Assembly (NCBI GenBank): GCA_015494585.1
Contig: WGAY01000064.1
Location: 16,976 to 80,975, forward strand
Direction of reading: 5' to 3'
Length of the DNA stretch: 64,000 nt
From: Candidatus Omnitrophota bacterium
GTDB lineage: Bacteria; Omnitrophota; Gorgyraeia; S143-82
The translations under genes were made by a program, and so were the position numbers. How positions within the stretch are numbered: position 1 is the stretch's first letter; every line of letters begins with the position of its first letter. Under the pieces are notes generated by a model. That model was not told where the DNA came from. It ran no database searches and worked only from the letters and a program-made list of their open reading frames with translations. Below are positions 19,901 to 32,224 of this stretch, in pieces.

Positions 19901-20388
19901 CTGTCTTTGATGGGGCCTCAGAAGAAGAGATAAAGGAATATATGCGTCAGGCCGGGCTTCCTGAATACGGCAAGGTTACGGTATACGATGGCTATACTGG
20001 TGAGCCATTCGATCAGGAGGTAACGGTTGGCTATATGTATATAATGAAACTGATACATATGGTTGCAGAGAAGATACACGCTCGTGCAATAGGTCCATAT
20101 TCATTGATTACCCAGCAGCCGCTTGGCGGCAAGGCCCAATTCGGTGGACAGAGATTCGGTGAGATGGAGGTATGGGCCCTGGAAGGTTATGGTGCGGCCG
20201 CAACCCTTCACGAGATGCTCACAGTAAAGAGTGACGACGTCGAGGGCAGGACAAGGCTTTATGAGTCTATCGTAAAGGGCGAACCGCATCTTGAGGGTGG
20301 GACCCCTGAATCCTTTAATGTGTTGATGCGTGAGATAAGAGGTTTGGGACTTGACATAAAAGCGGAGAAGGAGAGACATGTTATTTAG
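16921..20388 (+). CDS. rpoB: DNA-directed RNA polymerase subunit beta
   Basis: Start chosen at ATG 16921 ([12 protein letters not shown]...) after GGAGGG; the track ORF begins at an in-frame upstream ATG, 16867. Conserved beta motifs throughout. Confidence 0.95.
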   Translation: MKRISFGKVKEQAKIPYLLDLQVSSFENFLQMNVAPNKRKNQGLEAVFREIFPIDVPDKGVRLEYVSYTVSFPRYSMDEAKRRGVTYSAPLRVRFRIVTDEEAREQDVYMGEIPLVTPNASYIINGDERVIVNQLQRSPGVFFLEEEHPSGKPTYLSRIIPHRGAWLDFHFDYSEALVVQIDRRRTFNGADILRMFGYSTNDDIIKALGDDELIKGFEPTLKKSHNNDIESALLELHRKMRPTEPSTLEIAQNLFHRMFYDPRYYDLGEVGAFIVNRKLGIRVPSGKRVLTPDIVLESVKYLLRLQLGISGTPDDIDHLGNRRVKLTGELLQEQVRIALVRMERAIRERISILSEEDIKKLMPQQIINYKFLYNQIHDFYARSPLSQFMDQVNPLAETTHKRRLSALGPGGLSRERAGFEVRDIHPSHYGRICPIETPEGPNIGLINSIACYAKVNKLGFLETPYIKVENGKVTNKIEYLTADAEEDKIIANANTPIDENGRLVGPLVSCRHKGDFPQVPPEKVDYIDVSPKQLVSVAASLIPFLEHDDANRALMGSNMQRQAVPLMKTEPPLVGTGMEAKVARDSGAVVVAKEAGEVVYVDANRIVIKGRSGEIEYRLHKFERSNTNTCINQKPIVIPGQKVKRGQVIADGQATAGGELALGKNVLVAFMPWRGYNFEDAIVISENVVKEDTYTSIHIDEFEIEARETRLGNEEITRDIPGLSEEALKDLDENGIIRIGAEVKPGTVLVGKITPQTEKELSPEERLLRAIFGTKAGDVKNTSLIASPGVEGVVVRVEVFERKDPKKKTKKDRQMESAKIKEIEALYEKKLASLEKTKQEMLQEILGISARKASVMDLDALEGMKINEEEYEEAREVLLNYEENKRALLTDKQLEINQVKYGDDLKPGVLKKVVVYVATKRRLSVGDKLAGRHGNKGVIATIVPQEDMPFLADGTPVDVVLNPLGVPSRMNVGQILETHLGWAAKLLGLNFSCPVFDGASEEEIKEYMRQAGLPEYGKVTVYDGYTGEPFDQEVTVGYMYIMKLIHMVAEKIHARAIGPYSLITQQPLGGKAQFGGQRFGEMEVWALEGYGAAATLHEMLTVKSDDVEGRTRLYESIVKGEPHLEGGTPESFNVLMREIRGLGLDIKAEKERHVI

Positions 20389-23300
20389 TACAAAGACCGG
20401 ATTTGATCGTATAACTATCAAGATTGCTTCTCCTGAGGCTATTCGTTCCTGGTCCTATGGCGAGGTAAAGAAACCAGAGACGATTAACTACAGGACACTT
20501 AGGCCTGAAAAGGATGGCCTGTTTTGCGAGAGGATATTTGGTCCTGTTAAGGACTGGGAATGTAACTGCGGTAAGTATAAAGGGATGAAATATAAGGGTG
20601 TTGTATGCGATCGCTGTGGTGTCGAGATTACCCGTTCAACTGTCAGGCGTGAGAGAATGGGGCATATCCAGCTGGCTGCACCGGTGGTCCATATCTGGTT
20701 CTTCAAGGTAGTACCAAGCAGGCTGAGTGCGCTTTTGGGGATTACCTATAGGAATCTGGAAAAGATTATCTATTATGAAGAATTCATTGTAATAGATCCA
20801 GGAGATACTCCTCTTGCAAAGGGAGAGATGCTTACTATAGAGAGGTACTACGACTGTGTCGATAGGTACGGTGAGGGTAGTTTTGTTGCAAAAATAGGCG
20901 CGGAGGCCATTCGAGATCTCCTCATCGAGCTGGATATAGATAAAAAGATAAAAGAGATAAAAAAGCAGGTTGAAAAAGGTGGACAGAATGTAAAGAAACT
21001 TCTAAAGATATTGGCTATTCTCGAGGATTTCAGACGTTCTGGCAATGAACCAGAGTGGCTGGTTATGGATGTTTTGCCAGTGGTCCCACCTGATTTGCGT
21101 CCCTTAGTTCCCCTTGATGGAGGAAGATTTGCAACCAGCGATCTAAATGACCTCTATAGAAGAGTGATAAACCGCAATAACAGGTTGAAGAAGTTACTAG
21201 CGTTAAATGCTCCGGATATCATTATTAGAAATGAAAAGCGAATGCTTCAAGAGGCAGTAGATGCCTTATTTGATAATGGCAGGCACGGAAGGCCTGCGCT
21301 TGGCGCAAACAACAGGCCTTTGAAGTCATTGGCAGATATGCTCAAAGGTAAGCAGGGCAGGTTCAGACAGAATCTCCTAGGTAAAAGGGTGGATTACTCC
21401 GGCAGGTCTGTAATCGTCGTTGGTCCTAATCTCAAGATAAATGAGTGTGGTCTTCCTAAAGAAATGGCCCTTGAATTATTTGAGCCGTTTATAATAAGAA
21501 AGTTGAGGGAGCGCGGAATTGTCCATACCGTCAAAAGTGCGCGTAAAATGGTAGAACGTACGAAGATGGAGGTATGGGATATACTTGAAGAGGTGATACA
21601 GGACCACTATGTGCTTTTGAATCGTGCTCCAACACTCCATAGACTTAGTATTCAAGCATTTCAGCCCAAACTCGTAGAAGGTAAGTCAATAAGACTGCAT
21701 CCTCTGGTATGCGCTGCCTTTAATGCTGACTTTGATGGTGACCAGATGGCAGTCCATGTACCCCTGTCTCTGGAGGCCCAGGCCGAGGCAAGGGTAATAA
21801 TGAATGCCGCAAGGAACCTATTTTCTCCTGCAAATGGCAGGGCAATTGCAACCCCCAGTCAGGATATGGTACTGGGTATTGCATATATGACTAGAGAGAA
21901 TCCCGGGGCCAAAGGTGAGGGAATGGTCTTTGCGGATGAAGATGAGGTCCTCACGGCGTATTTGGATAGAGAAGTAGACTTGCATGCCAAGATAAAGGTG
22001 AGGATAAAAGGGCCTTATTATAAGCAAGAAGACTTCCCATCTGATAAGACACAGATAATAGACACCACGGTTGGCAGGGTAGTATTTAATTCCTACCTGC
22101 CGAAGGAGTTCCCATTCGTTAATCTGCCAATGGATAAAGGCAAGCTTGCCCAGTTAGTCAAAGATATATATGATGCCCTCGGGCATGAAGTTACTGTAAA
22201 TGTCCTGGATAGGATAAAGGAATTAGGCTTCAATGAGGCCACCTATTCAGGCCTTTCTATTTCCATTACTGACCTCAATATACCCAAGGAAAAGGAAAGA
22301 TTGATTGCCAGTGCACAGAAAGAGGCCAAGAGGATAGAAGAACAATATAAAAAGGGTCTCATTACAGAGGGAGAGCGCTACAGCAAGATTATAGACATAT
22401 GGACACATACTACAGAGGAAGTTTCAGATTATGTATTTAAGGAATTCGATAAGTTTAATCCATTATTCTTAATGGCTGATTCTGGTGCGCGTGGTTCCAA
22501 ACTCCAGATTAGGCAGCTTGCAGGTATGCGTGGCCTTATGGCTAAACCATCAGGTGAGATTATTGAAAATCCGATAGTGGCGAACTTCCGTGAGGGACTT
22601 AACGTATTGGAATACTTCCTTTCTGCGCACGGTGCGCGAAAGGGACTTGCCGACACGGCCTTAAAAACAGCAGATGCTGGCTACCTTACCAGAAGGTTAG
22701 TCGATGTCTCTCAGGATGTCATCGTATTGGAAGAGGACTGCGGTACACTTAACGGTATAGCAGTCAGTGCGATTGTTGAAGGTGATGAAGAGGTCGTCAG
22801 CCTTGAGGAAAGGATTATCGGAAGGACTGCACTTGACAATATCGTTGATGTTATCACGGATGAGGTAATAGTCAAGGCGGGTGAGGAGATCACAGAAGAA
22901 AGAGCGAGGAAAATAAAAGAGGCGGGTATAGAGACGGTCAGGATACGCAGTGTGCTTACCTGTGAATCTCAGCGTGGTGTCTGTGCTAAATGTTATGGCC
23001 GTAATCTTGCGACAGGAAAATTGGTTGAAGTCGGTGAGGCGGTCGGCATTGTTGCTGCCCAGTCTATTGGTGAGCCTGGCACGCAGCTTACAATGCGTAC
23101 CTTCCACATAGGTGGAACCGCTAGCCGTGTCGTTGAAAAGTCAACGATAGAGCCCAAACACGACGGTGTTATCACCTACCATGGTTTGAGGGTTGCTAAA
23201 AAGGCCGAAGGTTATGTTGTATTAAATAGAAATGGTTCCATTAGCATAAACGACAAATCTGGAAGGGAGTTTGAGAGATATCCAGTTCCTCAGGGAGCCC

Positions 23301-24394
23301 TTATTCTTGCCAAGGATAAATCTCCAGTCAAGGCAAAAGAGACAATAGTAAGGTGGGATCCGTATACCCAACCAATCCTTTCAGAGGTGGATGGCAAGGT
23401 GCGCTATGAAGACATCATTGAAAACGTTACTATAAAACAGCAGGTTAACGAGATATCTGGGATAAAAGAAAGAATAGTCCTAGAACACAGAGCAGATTAC
23501 CATCCCCAGATAGTGATAGTGAATAATAAAGGAGAAACGGTTGGGATTTATCCTATTCCAAGTGGAGCCCACATCCTTGTGGATGAGGGCCAGAAGATAG
23601 AGGCAGGAGATATCCTTGCCAAGCAGCCGAAGGTCGTTATAAAGACCAGGGATATTACCGGTGGTCTTCCAAGAGTTGCAGAACTCTTTGAAGCAAGAAA
23701 ACCAAAGGATCCGGCCATTATCAGTGAGATAGATGGATATGTTGAATTTGGTGAGAATAAGAAGGGACAGCGAAAGATAATAGTGAAGAGCCCTTCAGGT
23801 ATGGTGAAAGAATATACACTGCCACCGGGCAAACACCCAACTGTATATAAGGGTGATTATATAACTGCTGGCCAGCAGCTGACCGATGGCCCGGTTGTAT
23901 TGCAGGACATATTGCGCATCTGTGGTGATAGAGTCTTGCAAGAGTATCTAGTAAATGAAATCCAAGAGGTCTATCGCCTTCAGGGGGTTAAGATAAATGA
24001 TAAACATATTGAAGTAATCATCAGGCAGATGCTTAGAAAGGTTCAGGTAGAGGATCCTGGTGATAGTGACCTCTTGGCAGGTGACTATGTTGATAAACAC
24101 ACGCTCCTTGCAATCAACAAGGAACTGATAAAACAGGGTAAAAAGCCGGCCTCTTATGCACCGCTTCTGCTTGGTATTACCAAGGCAGCATTGCATACCG
24201 AGAGCTTTATCTCTGCTGCAAGCTTCCAGGAGACAGCAAGGGTCTTGACAGAAGCGGCCTGGGCTGGTAAAACAGATAGTCTTCATGGATTAAAGGAGAA
24301 CGTTATCGTCGGACATGTGATTCCGGCAGGAACTGGCGCAAAGGCAAATATCGTCGCTGCCGAGGATGAGGATCTAGAAGAGATACCATTGTGA
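20378..24394 (+). CDS. rpoC: DNA-directed RNA polymerase subunit beta'
   Basis: 1338 aa. Zn finger [26 protein letters not shown] and catalytic NADFDGDQM. Confidence 0.95.
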   Translation: MLFSTKTGFDRITIKIASPEAIRSWSYGEVKKPETINYRTLRPEKDGLFCERIFGPVKDWECNCGKYKGMKYKGVVCDRCGVEITRSTVRRERMGHIQLAAPVVHIWFFKVVPSRLSALLGITYRNLEKIIYYEEFIVIDPGDTPLAKGEMLTIERYYDCVDRYGEGSFVAKIGAEAIRDLLIELDIDKKIKEIKKQVEKGGQNVKKLLKILAILEDFRRSGNEPEWLVMDVLPVVPPDLRPLVPLDGGRFATSDLNDLYRRVINRNNRLKKLLALNAPDIIIRNEKRMLQEAVDALFDNGRHGRPALGANNRPLKSLADMLKGKQGRFRQNLLGKRVDYSGRSVIVVGPNLKINECGLPKEMALELFEPFIIRKLRERGIVHTVKSARKMVERTKMEVWDILEEVIQDHYVLLNRAPTLHRLSIQAFQPKLVEGKSIRLHPLVCAAFNADFDGDQMAVHVPLSLEAQAEARVIMNAARNLFSPANGRAIATPSQDMVLGIAYMTRENPGAKGEGMVFADEDEVLTAYLDREVDLHAKIKVRIKGPYYKQEDFPSDKTQIIDTTVGRVVFNSYLPKEFPFVNLPMDKGKLAQLVKDIYDALGHEVTVNVLDRIKELGFNEATYSGLSISITDLNIPKEKERLIASAQKEAKRIEEQYKKGLITEGERYSKIIDIWTHTTEEVSDYVFKEFDKFNPLFLMADSGARGSKLQIRQLAGMRGLMAKPSGEIIENPIVANFREGLNVLEYFLSAHGARKGLADTALKTADAGYLTRRLVDVSQDVIVLEEDCGTLNGIAVSAIVEGDEEVVSLEERIIGRTALDNIVDVITDEVIVKAGEEITEERARKIKEAGIETVRIRSVLTCESQRGVCAKCYGRNLATGKLVEVGEAVGIVAAQSIGEPGTQLTMRTFHIGGTASRVVEKSTIEPKHDGVITYHGLRVAKKAEGYVVLNRNGSISINDKSGREFERYPVPQGALILAKDKSPVKAKETIVRWDPYTQPILSEVDGKVRYEDIIENVTIKQQVNEISGIKERIVLEHRADYHPQIVIVNNKGETVGIYPIPSGAHILVDEGQKIEAGDILAKQPKVVIKTRDITGGLPRVAELFEARKPKDPAIISEIDGYVEFGENKKGQRKIIVKSPSGMVKEYTLPPGKHPTVYKGDYITAGQQLTDGPVVLQDILRICGDRVLQEYLVNEIQEVYRLQGVKINDKHIEVIIRQMLRKVQVEDPGDSDLLAGDYVDKHTLLAINKELIKQGKKPASYAPLLLGITKAALHTESFISAASFQETARVLTEAAWAGKTDSLHGLKENVIVGHVIPAGTGAKANIVAAEDEDLEEIPL

Positions 24395-24417
24395 TAAGTT
24401 AAGGAGGAAAGGAAGAT

Positions 24418-24792
24418 ATGCCAACGATCAATCAGCTGGTAAGAATCGGAAGGAAACCGAAGCCAAAGAAGTCAAAGTCTCCTGCATTAAAGGCATGCCC
24501 TCAAAGGAGAGGTGTGTGTGTGCAGGTCAGGACAATGACACCTAAAAAACCAAACTCAGCATTAAGAAAGATAGCAAGGGTTAGATTGACAACCGGAATA
24601 GAGGTTACTGCCTATATACCTGGTGAAGGCCATAACCTTCAGGAGCACTCTATTGTGCTTGTAAGGGGTGGACGTGTTAAGGACTTGCCAGGTGTCAGGT
24701 ATCATATAGTCCGCGGTGCTCTTGATACTGCGGGAGTAGAGGGCAGGAAGAAGTCAAGGTCGCTCTACGGAACCAAGCGACCTAAGAAATAA
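24418..24792 (+). CDS. rpsL: 30S ribosomal protein S12
   Basis: 124 aa uS12 ([10 protein letters not shown]). Confidence 0.95.
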   Translation: MPTINQLVRIGRKPKPKKSKSPALKACPQRRGVCVQVRTMTPKKPNSALRKIARVRLTTGIEVTAYIPGEGHNLQEHSIVLVRGGRVKDLPGVRYHIVRGALDTAGVEGRKKSRSLYGTKRPKK

Positions 24793-24806
24793 GGAGATAT
24801 GCTGAT

Positions 24807-25274
24807 ATGAGGAGAAGACGAGCTGAAAGACGACAGATATTACCGGATCCAGTTTATAAGAGTCAGAGAGTTGCCAAGTTTATTAATATGATAATGGTGA
24901 ACGGTAAAAAAAGCCTAGCGCAAAAGATAGTATACTCTGCGCTCAAAGCGCTTGGTGAAAAGACAGGAGAGGATGAATTAAAGGCCTTTTATAAGGCCTT
25001 GGATAATGTGAGGCCACGTGTTGAGGTCAGGCCCAGGCGCGTTGGAGGTGCTACCTATCAGATTCCAATGGAAGTGCCTGATTATCGCGGCTATTTCCTT
25101 GCAATGAAGTGGATACGCGACCTTGCCCGTGCGAGAAAGGGCAAACCAATGCACGAAAAATTGGCAGATGAATTGTTGTCTGCATATAAGGGTGAAGGTG
25201 GAGCTGTAAAGAAAAAAGATGACACTCATAAAATGGCAGAGGCAAACAAGGCCTTTGCCCACTTTAGATGGTAA
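24807..25274 (+). CDS. rpsG: 30S ribosomal protein S7
   Basis: 155 aa uS7. Confidence 0.95.
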   Translation: MRRRRAERRQILPDPVYKSQRVAKFINMIMVNGKKSLAQKIVYSALKALGEKTGEDELKAFYKALDNVRPRVEVRPRRVGGATYQIPMEVPDYRGYFLAMKWIRDLARARKGKPMHEKLADELLSAYKGEGGAVKKKDDTHKMAEANKAFAHFRW

Positions 25275-25286
25275 GGAGAGGGAAGT

Positions 25287-27374
25287 ATGCCAAGAGAAAT
25301 GCCATTAGATAAGATACGCAATATCGGAATAATAGCGCACATAGACGCTGGTAAGACGACTACCACTGAAAGGATTTTGTTTTATACCGGTCGTGTGCAT
25401 AAGATAGGCGAAGTCCACGATGGAACAGCTACGACTGATTGGATGGAGCAGGAGAGGGAAAGGGGTATTACTATCACCTCTGCAAGTACTAGTTGTCGCT
25501 GGCGTGATTGCCAAATAAATATAATAGATACTCCTGGGCACGTTGACTTTACTGTCGAAGTAGAGCGTTCGTTAAAAGTGTTAGACGGAGCAGTTGTCGT
25601 GTTCTGTGCTGTTGGGGGTGTTCAGCCTCAGACAGAGACAGTATGGCGCCAGGCGGATAAATATAGCGTTCCACGAATTGCCTTTGTAAACAAGATGGAT
25701 AGAATTGGCGCTGACTTTTACGAGGTGTTAAACCAGATGCATGAACGCCTTGGCAGCCATGCCGCTCCAATCCAACTTCCCATTGGTAAAGAAGATTCGT
25801 TTAAGGGTGTAATTGACCTTGTTGAGTGGAATATGCGCATCTATAAAGACGACCTTGGCAAGGAAATGGAGATATTGGATATAAGCGATGACTTACTGGA
25901 AGAGGCAAGGAAGTGGAAGGACAACCTCATAGAGAGGTTGGGCGAGGTTGACGATACGATAATGGAAAAGTATCTTGAGGGTGAGGAGATATCAAAAGAA
26001 GAGCTGAAAGCGGCTATCCGCAGGACAGTCGTAAAAAATAAATTCTGCCCCGTGTTGTGTGGAACAGCACTTAAGAACAAAGGCGTTCAGCTCTTGTTAG
26101 ATGCGGTATGCGATTATCTGCCTTCGCCTATAGATATTCCGGCAATAAAAGGACAGAATCCAAAGACAGGAGAATATGAGGAAAGAGTCCCTTCAGATGA
26201 GGCCCCGTTCTGTGGACTTGCATTTAAGATAATGACAGATCCATATGTCGGTAAATTAACCTATGTACGCGTATATTCTGGGACACTTTCATCTGGAGTA
26301 TATGTCTATAACTCTACCCGCCGTGCCAAGGAACGCGTTTCTAAGATCGTCAGGATGCATGCGAACAGGCAGGAGATAGTAAAAGAGATATTTACCGGTG
26401 ACATAGTAGCCTTTGTCGGTTTAAAAGAAACACGCACGGGTGATACCCTTTGCGATGAGCAATATCCCATCATACTTGAATCTATGAAATTCCCAGAGCC
26501 GGTTATATCTCTATCTATTGAGCCAAAGACAAAGGCAGATCAGGATAAACTTGCAATGGCGTTGAAAAAGTTTGAGGAAGAAGATCCCACGTTTCAGGTT
26601 CGTTACAATGCTGAAACCGGCCAGACCCTTATCTCTGGCATGGGACAGCTCCATTTGGAGATTATCGTTGATAGGATGAAAAGGGAATTCAATGTAGATG
26701 CCAATATCGGGACACCAGAGGTCGCTTATAGAGAGACGATATTAAAGTCCGTAAAGAGCGAAGGCAAGTATATCCAGCAGTCTGGTGGACGCGGACAATA
26801 TGGGCACGTTGTTGTTGAAATAGAGCCAGGAGAGAGAGGTTCTGGCATAGAGTTTGTGGATAAGATCAAAGGCGGTGTTATCCCTAAGGAATACATCCCA
26901 GCGGTCAAAGATGGTATTTTAAGTGAGGCGCAAAATGGTGTTCTCGCTGGTTATCCACTTACAGATATAAAAGTTACCTTGATAGACGGTTCCTTCCACG
27001 AGGTCGACTCCTCGGAATTTGCCTTTAAACTTGCTGCCTCAATAGCATTAAGTGATGGTGCAAAAAAGGCGGGCCTTGTGTTGCTGGAGCCGATAATGGA
27101 TATAGAGGTTACAGTCCCTGAGGAATATATGGGCACGGTTATTGGTGATTTAAATAGCCGTAGGTGTAAGATTACTTCTCTGGGACAGAGAGGCCATTTA
27201 AAGGTTGTCAGGGGCGATATCCCTCTTGCAGAGACTTTTGACTATGCTAATGTATTGAGATCCTTGACACAGGGCCGAGGAACGTATACAATGGAGCCTT
27301 CATACTATGCTGAGGTTCCGTCTAATGTTGCGGAAAAGATTATAGGGAAAAGAAACGCAGGTAAAAGCGAATAA
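25287..27374 (+). CDS. fusA: Elongation factor G
   Basis: 695 aa. G1 [21 protein letters not shown]. Confidence 0.95.
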   Translation: MPREMPLDKIRNIGIIAHIDAGKTTTTERILFYTGRVHKIGEVHDGTATTDWMEQERERGITITSASTSCRWRDCQINIIDTPGHVDFTVEVERSLKVLDGAVVVFCAVGGVQPQTETVWRQADKYSVPRIAFVNKMDRIGADFYEVLNQMHERLGSHAAPIQLPIGKEDSFKGVIDLVEWNMRIYKDDLGKEMEILDISDDLLEEARKWKDNLIERLGEVDDTIMEKYLEGEEISKEELKAAIRRTVVKNKFCPVLCGTALKNKGVQLLLDAVCDYLPSPIDIPAIKGQNPKTGEYEERVPSDEAPFCGLAFKIMTDPYVGKLTYVRVYSGTLSSGVYVYNSTRRAKERVSKIVRMHANRQEIVKEIFTGDIVAFVGLKETRTGDTLCDEQYPIILESMKFPEPVISLSIEPKTKADQDKLAMALKKFEEEDPTFQVRYNAETGQTLISGMGQLHLEIIVDRMKREFNVDANIGTPEVAYRETILKSVKSEGKYIQQSGGRGQYGHVVVEIEPGERGSGIEFVDKIKGGVIPKEYIPAVKDGILSEAQNGVLAGYPLTDIKVTLIDGSFHEVDSSEFAFKLAASIALSDGAKKAGLVLLEPIMDIEVTVPEEYMGTVIGDLNSRRCKITSLGQRGHLKVVRGDIPLAETFDYANVLRSLTQGRGTYTMEPSYYAEVPSNVAEKIIGKRNAGKSE

Positions 27375-27396
27375 AAAACAGCAGGAGGTGTAGGAG

Positions 27397-28599
27397 ATGG
27401 CAAAAGAAAAATTTGTGCGTACCAAGCCACACGTGAACATTGGTACAATCGGCCACGTTGACCATGGTAAGACGACATTGACTTCAGCTATCACAAAGAT
27501 ACTTGCCCAGAGGGGAATGGCAGAGGCAAGGGAATATGATCAGATAGATAACGCACCCGAGGAAAAGCAGAGGGGCGTTACCATAAACATTGCTCACGTT
27601 GAGTACCAGACAGACAAGCGCCACTATGCACACATCGACTGCCCTGGCCACGCCGACTATATCAAAAATATGATTACTGGTGCAGCCCAGATGGATGGCT
27701 CTATATTGGTCGTTGCTGCAACCGACGGACCAATGCCTCAGACAAGAGAGCACATCCTCCTTGCTCGTCAGGTTAACGTTCCTGCTATCGTTGTCTTTAT
27801 GAACAAAGTGGATCAGGTTGACGATCCAGAGCTTCTAGACCTGGTTGAAATGGAGATAAGGGAGCTCTTGAGTAAATATGAATATCCTGGTGATGATGTC
27901 CCAATTATCAGGGGTAGTGCATTAAAGGCAATGGAGTGCGGCTGTGGTAAGGATGATTGTCCTAACTGTAAGCCAATAATCGAGCTTATGAATGCAGTTG
28001 ATGAATACATCCCTGACCCTGTTCGTGAGATAGACAAGCCATTCCTTATGGCAGTTGAGGACGTATTCTCCATCTCTGGTCGTGGAACCGTTGCCACAGG
28101 TAGGATAGAGAGGGGTATTGTCAAGGTCGGTGACGAGGTTGAGGTCGTTGGCTTTGACAATAAGATAGGCAAGACAGTTGTTACCGGTATAGAGATGTTC
28201 CGCAAGATACTCGATGAAGGTCAGGCCGGTGATAATGTTGGTCTTCTTTTAAGAGGTGTTGACAAAAAGGACCTCAAGAGAGGTATGGTATTAGCAGCAC
28301 CTGGCAGCATTACCCCTCATACTAAGTTTAAGGGACAGGTTTACGTCCTTAGCAAGGAAGAGGGTGGACGTCACAAACCATTCTTCAATGGTTACAGGCC
28401 TCAGTTCTACTTCCGTACGACTGACGTTACCGGTACAATAAAACTGCCTGAGGGCGTTGAGATGGTTATGCCGGGTGATAACGTCACCTTTGAGGTAGAA
28501 TTAATAGCTCCAGTCGCCCTTGAAAAGGAGCTAAGGTTTGCGATCCGTGAAGGCGGAAAGACTATAGGTAAAGGCGTTGTTACTGAGATCATTGAATAA
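27397..28599 (+). CDS. tuf: Elongation factor Tu (with an unusual Cys4 insertion in domain I)
   Basis: 400 aa. [32 protein letters not shown] insertion after SALKAME. Confidence 0.95.
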   Translation: MAKEKFVRTKPHVNIGTIGHVDHGKTTLTSAITKILAQRGMAEAREYDQIDNAPEEKQRGVTINIAHVEYQTDKRHYAHIDCPGHADYIKNMITGAAQMDGSILVVAATDGPMPQTREHILLARQVNVPAIVVFMNKVDQVDDPELLDLVEMEIRELLSKYEYPGDDVPIIRGSALKAMECGCGKDDCPNCKPIIELMNAVDEYIPDPVREIDKPFLMAVEDVFSISGRGTVATGRIERGIVKVGDEVEVVGFDNKIGKTVVTGIEMFRKILDEGQAGDNVGLLLRGVDKKDLKRGMVLAAPGSITPHTKFKGQVYVLSKEEGGRHKPFFNGYRPQFYFRTTDVTGTIKLPEGVEMVMPGDNVTFEVELIAPVALEKELRFAIREGGKTIGKGVVTEIIE

Positions 28600-28632
28600 A
28601 CTGAAAAAAGTAAAAGGCGGTTGTTCTTTATC

Positions 28633-28941
28633 ATGGCAGAGCAGAGAATAAGGATAAAATTAAGGTCTTACGAGCACAGGATACTCGATCGTTCTGTAAA
28701 AGAGATAGTTGCATCTGCTCAGCGGACAGGCGCAAAGGTTGTTGGGCCTATACCTCTTCCCACGAAGAAAGAGGTCTATACCGTGCTTCGGTCACCGGTT
28801 ATAGATAAGAAATCAAGGGAACAGTTTGAGGTAAGGACACATAAAAGGTTGCTTGAGATAGTCAGCCCGACGGCCAAGACAATAGATGCGCTGAAGAAGT
28901 TGAATCTTCCCGCTGGCGTAGATGTAGAAATAAAGATGTAA
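28633..28941 (+). CDS. rpsJ: 30S ribosomal protein S10
   Basis: ATG at 28633 ([10 protein letters not shown]...); the track start at 28621 is an upstream TTG. Confidence 0.93.
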   Translation: MAEQRIRIKLRSYEHRILDRSVKEIVASAQRTGAKVVGPIPLPTKKEVYTVLRSPVIDKKSREQFEVRTHKRLLEIVSPTAKTIDALKKLNLPAGVDVEIKM

Positions 28942-28962
28942 TTGGTTCGATTTGGATATGGA

Positions 28963-28998
28963 CTTTAAGGCGCAGAGGATTTCCTCTGCGCCTTAAGG
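28963..28998 (+). promoter_or_regulatory. Very stable perfect hairpin in the 120-nt rpsJ-rplC spacer (putative RNA regulatory/processing element)
   Basis: TTAAGGCGCAGAGGA / TCCTCTGCGCCTTAA, 15-16 bp perfect inverted repeat with a 2-4 nt loop. No downstream T-run. Confidence 0.5.
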
Positions 28999-29061
28999 AA
29001 TTGTCTTATCAGCCTGGTGGTCTATAGGACTGTCAGGTTGCGCTGGACAGAGGAGGTTTTT

Positions 29062-29688
29062 ATGATAGAGGGTTTATATGGTAGAAAACTGGGTATGACC
29101 CAGATATTCGATGAAGACGGCAGGCTCTTGCCGGTTACGGTTATAGAGATATTTCCTGCCCAGGTCCTGGCAGTTAAGAAGTTTCCTTCTGGAAAGGTCA
29201 ACGTCCAGATAGCCTTTGGTGAGACAAAGGAAAAGCATATCTCAAAGCCAGTCCTTGGTATATTCAAAAAATTAGGATTAGAGCCTAAGAGATATATAAA
29301 AGAGGTAGCATTGAAAGGCGAGAGCGAACCAGAGATTGGTCAGGAGATTTCGATAGACTTGTTTGAAGAGGTTAAGAAAGTTGATGTTATAGGTCGCTCT
29401 AAGGGACGTGGTTTCCAGGGCGGTGTTAAGCGCTGGGGATGGTCCGGCGGGCCTGATACCCATGGTTCTATGTCTCACAGGGTAATCGGTTCCCTTGGGC
29501 CAGGTACTTATCCTGGAAGGGTTATAAAGGGAAGACACCTTCCTGGTCATATGGGGAATGAGCGTGTAACAGTGCAGAATCTAAAAGTGTTGCAGATAGA
29601 TAAGGACAACAATGTCCTTATTATAAAGGGTTCTGTACCTGGTGCGATTAAGTCTATGGTATTTGTTCGCAAGGCCAAAAAGGCCTGA
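29062..29688 (+). CDS. rplC: 50S ribosomal protein L3
   Basis: ATG at 29062 after AGGAGG (MIEGLYGRKLGMTQIF...). Confidence 0.93.
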   Translation: MIEGLYGRKLGMTQIFDEDGRLLPVTVIEIFPAQVLAVKKFPSGKVNVQIAFGETKEKHISKPVLGIFKKLGLEPKRYIKEVALKGESEPEIGQEISIDLFEEVKKVDVIGRSKGRGFQGGVKRWGWSGGPDTHGSMSHRVIGSLGPGTYPGRVIKGRHLPGHMGNERVTVQNLKVLQIDKDNNVLIIKGSVPGAIKSMVFVRKAKKA

Positions 29689-29714
29689 TTGTCCTTGGAA
29701 GGAGAGGTGCTGAG

Positions 29715-30365
29715 ATGGAAATAGAGGTGAAAGATATACAGGGAACACCACAAGGAAAAAAGACAGTAAACATGACAGAGATACCTGTAAAGGGGAGTGG
29801 AAATAATTCTCTTTACTTCTATGTCAAGGCCTACCTTGCGAATCAAAGGGCAGGTACTGCATCTACCAAGACCAGGGGAGAGGTCTCTGGTGGTGGTAGG
29901 AAACCCTGGAGACAGAAAGGAACAGGTCGTGCAAGGGTTGGTTCTATAAGGTCGCCTCTCTGGCGTGGTGGTGGTATAACCTTTGGCCCAAAGCCAAGGG
30001 ACTTTGGTGAGAAAATATCGCGTTCTCTGAGACTTTCTGCCTATAGGGCTGCCTTAAAGAAGGCAATAGAGGATGAAAAGATAACTATAGTTAAAGGATT
30101 AGATGCTGATTCTATTAAGACAAAGGATTTTTATAATAGACTTTCTTCTCTTGGTGTAAAACCGGGGATTGATAATTGTCTTATCGTTGTCAATCAAATC
30201 AGTAATAATTTATATCTCTCGTCTCGTAACATTCCTGATGTGTGGGTGTTGCTTGCAAAAGATGTTAATCCCTATGACTTGTTATGGGCGGAGAAGATAT
30301 TGGTAGATGAAGAGGCCTGGGAAGTGCTTTGGAATAGAATTCAAAAGAAAGGGATTGACAAATGA
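29715..30365 (+). CDS. rplD: 50S ribosomal protein L4
   Basis: 216 aa uL4 (GGGRKPWRQKGTGRAR). Confidence 0.93.
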   Translation: MEIEVKDIQGTPQGKKTVNMTEIPVKGSGNNSLYFYVKAYLANQRAGTASTKTRGEVSGGGRKPWRQKGTGRARVGSIRSPLWRGGGITFGPKPRDFGEKISRSLRLSAYRAALKKAIEDEKITIVKGLDADSIKTKDFYNRLSSLGVKPGIDNCLIVVNQISNNLYLSSRNIPDVWVLLAKDVNPYDLLWAEKILVDEEAWEVLWNRIQKKGIDK

Positions 30366-30646
30366 AGACAAAGTACGATATAATCAAATTCTTATACCAA
30401 TCAGAGAAGGCAGTGGCTCAAGAAGGCTACAACAAATACACTTTTGTCGTGCCTAAAAGTGTAAATAAGATAGAGATACGCAATGCAGTGGAAGAAATAT
30501 TTAACGTAAAGGTCAAGCAGGTCAATACGATGATTATGCCGGGAAAGCCTAAGAGATTAAGATTCGGCCAGGAAGGCCATACCGGCGAATGGAAGAAGGC
30601 AATAGTTACTCTGGAAAAGGGACATAAAATAGAAACAGGAAGTTGA
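30362..30646 (+). CDS. rplW: 50S ribosomal protein L23
   Basis: 94 aa uL23. Confidence 0.92.
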   Translation: MKTKYDIIKFLYQSEKAVAQEGYNKYTFVVPKSVNKIEIRNAVEEIFNVKVKQVNTMIMPGKPKRLRFGQEGHTGEWKKAIVTLEKGHKIETGS

Positions 30647-30648
30647 TT

Positions 30649-31488
30649 ATGGGTATAAAGAGATTTAGGCCAGTTACACCGTCAAGACGCTGGATGACGG
30701 GATATACCTTTGAAGAGATAACAAAGACAGAGCCAGAAAAGTCTTTGCTTGCACCTTTAAAGAAGACCGGCGGAAGGAATGTCTATGGCCGCATTACGAT
30801 GAGGCATAGAGGCGGTGGCCATAAGAGGAGATACAGGATAATAGATTTCAAGAGAAATAAATTTGATATGCCCGCAAAAGTTGTCTCTATAGAGTATGAC
30901 CCCAATAGAACAGCAAGGATTGCATTGCTTGAATATGAAGATGGTGAGAAGAGGTACATAATAGCCCCGGTTGGACTTAAAGTGGGTGATACGGTTGTGA
31001 GTTCAAAGACTCAGCCAGTAGAGGTAAAACCAGGTAATGCAATGCCATTGAGATTTATTCCACTTGGAACTGTGCTTAATAGCCTGGAACTTTCTCCTGG
31101 AAAAGGTGGGCAGATTGCCCGTTCGGCTGGCTCTAGTGTGCAATTAATGGCAAAAGAAGGCAAATATGCTCACATAAGGATGCCGTCAGGAGAGGTAAGA
31201 TTGTTCTTGCAGGATTGTCTTGCGGTTATTGGACAAGTAAGCAATCCAGAGAAGGATTCAATCTCTATTGGGAAGGCGGGAAGAAAACGTTGGCTTGGAC
31301 GCAGGCCAATTGTCCGTGGTGTTGCGATGAATCCGATAGACCATCCACATGGTGGTGGTGAAGGACGCGCTCCTCAGGGTAACCCTCATCCTGTTAGCCC
31401 ATGGGGATGGATTACTAAGGGTAAGAAGACGCGCAAGCCTAAGGCATCGGATAGACTTATTGTCCGAAGGAGAAAGAGTAAGAAATAA
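30649..31488 (+). CDS. rplB: 50S ribosomal protein L2
   Basis: ATG at 30649. uL2 ([30 protein letters not shown]). Confidence 0.95.
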   Translation: MGIKRFRPVTPSRRWMTGYTFEEITKTEPEKSLLAPLKKTGGRNVYGRITMRHRGGGHKRRYRIIDFKRNKFDMPAKVVSIEYDPNRTARIALLEYEDGEKRYIIAPVGLKVGDTVVSSKTQPVEVKPGNAMPLRFIPLGTVLNSLELSPGKGGQIARSAGSSVQLMAKEGKYAHIRMPSGEVRLFLQDCLAVIGQVSNPEKDSISIGKAGRKRWLGRRPIVRGVAMNPIDHPHGGGEGRAPQGNPHPVSPWGWITKGKKTRKPKASDRLIVRRRKSKK

Positions 31489-31503
31489 TTAAGGAGATAG
31501 AAT

Positions 31504-31791
31504 ATGGCACGATCCTTAAAGAAAGGGCCTTTTGTTGATGCTAAATTGCTCAAAAAGGTAATGAAGGCAAAGGAGACAGGCGATAGGTCTCCTATAAAGA
31601 CCTGGTCCCGCAGGTCAGATATAGTCCCTGAATTTGTTGGCCATACGTTTTCTGTCTATGACGGCCACAAATTCGTTTCGGTCTATGTTACAGAAAATAT
31701 GGTTGGCCATAAATTAGGGGAGTTTGTTCCCACACGCAAGTTCATAAATCACGGCGGTGTTAAGGCCAAGAAGGCAATGGCCAAGAAGTAA
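31504..31791 (+). CDS. rpsS: 30S ribosomal protein S19
   Basis: 95 aa uS19. Confidence 0.95.
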   Translation: MARSLKKGPFVDAKLLKKVMKAKETGDRSPIKTWSRRSDIVPEFVGHTFSVYDGHKFVSVYVTENMVGHKLGEFVPTRKFINHGGVKAKKAMAKK

Positions 31792-31803
31792 AGAGAGGTT
31801 GAG

Positions 31804-32223
31804 ATGGTTGCGAGCGCAAGGGCAAAATATATAAGAATGTCACCTCGGAAATTGAGATACGTAGTTGATACATTAAGAAATAGAAGCATACTTGAGGCAG
31901 AGCAGGTATTGCTCGGTATAAACAAAAGGGGCAAATATCCTGTATATAAAGTGATAAAGTCAGCGGTAAGCAATGCCCTTCAGAAAAATATTCCATTAGA
32001 AGCTCTTTATATATCAAAGATAACCGTTGATCCCGGCCCCATATGGAAGAGATACCGTGCAGGTACAATGGGCAGGGCAATGCCAATAAGGAAGAGGACG
32101 TCTCATATTACAGTGGAATTAGATGTGCGTTATCCTGAGATGCCGCTTCCCTCACAGGGCCTTGATGAAGATGTAGATAAGACAGAACAACAAGCACAAC
32201 AGGAACAAGGAGAAAAGGAATAG
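31804..32223 (+). CDS. rplV: 50S ribosomal protein L22 (with acidic/Gln-rich C-terminal tail)
   Basis: 139 aa uL22. Confidence 0.92.
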   Translation: MVASARAKYIRMSPRKLRYVVDTLRNRSILEAEQVLLGINKRGKYPVYKVIKSAVSNALQKNIPLEALYISKITVDPGPIWKRYRAGTMGRAMPIRKRTSHITVELDVRYPEMPLPSQGLDEDVDKTEQQAQQEQGEKE

Positions 32224-32224
32224 T

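Noticed and set aside
22697-23107. 136-aa and other 60-116-aa ORFs on the - strand inside rpoB/rpoC (e.g. 18999-19349, 22697-23107, 23948-24286)
   Set aside because: Embedded antisense in RNA polymerase genes. Expected chance ORFs in long AT-moderate coding regions.
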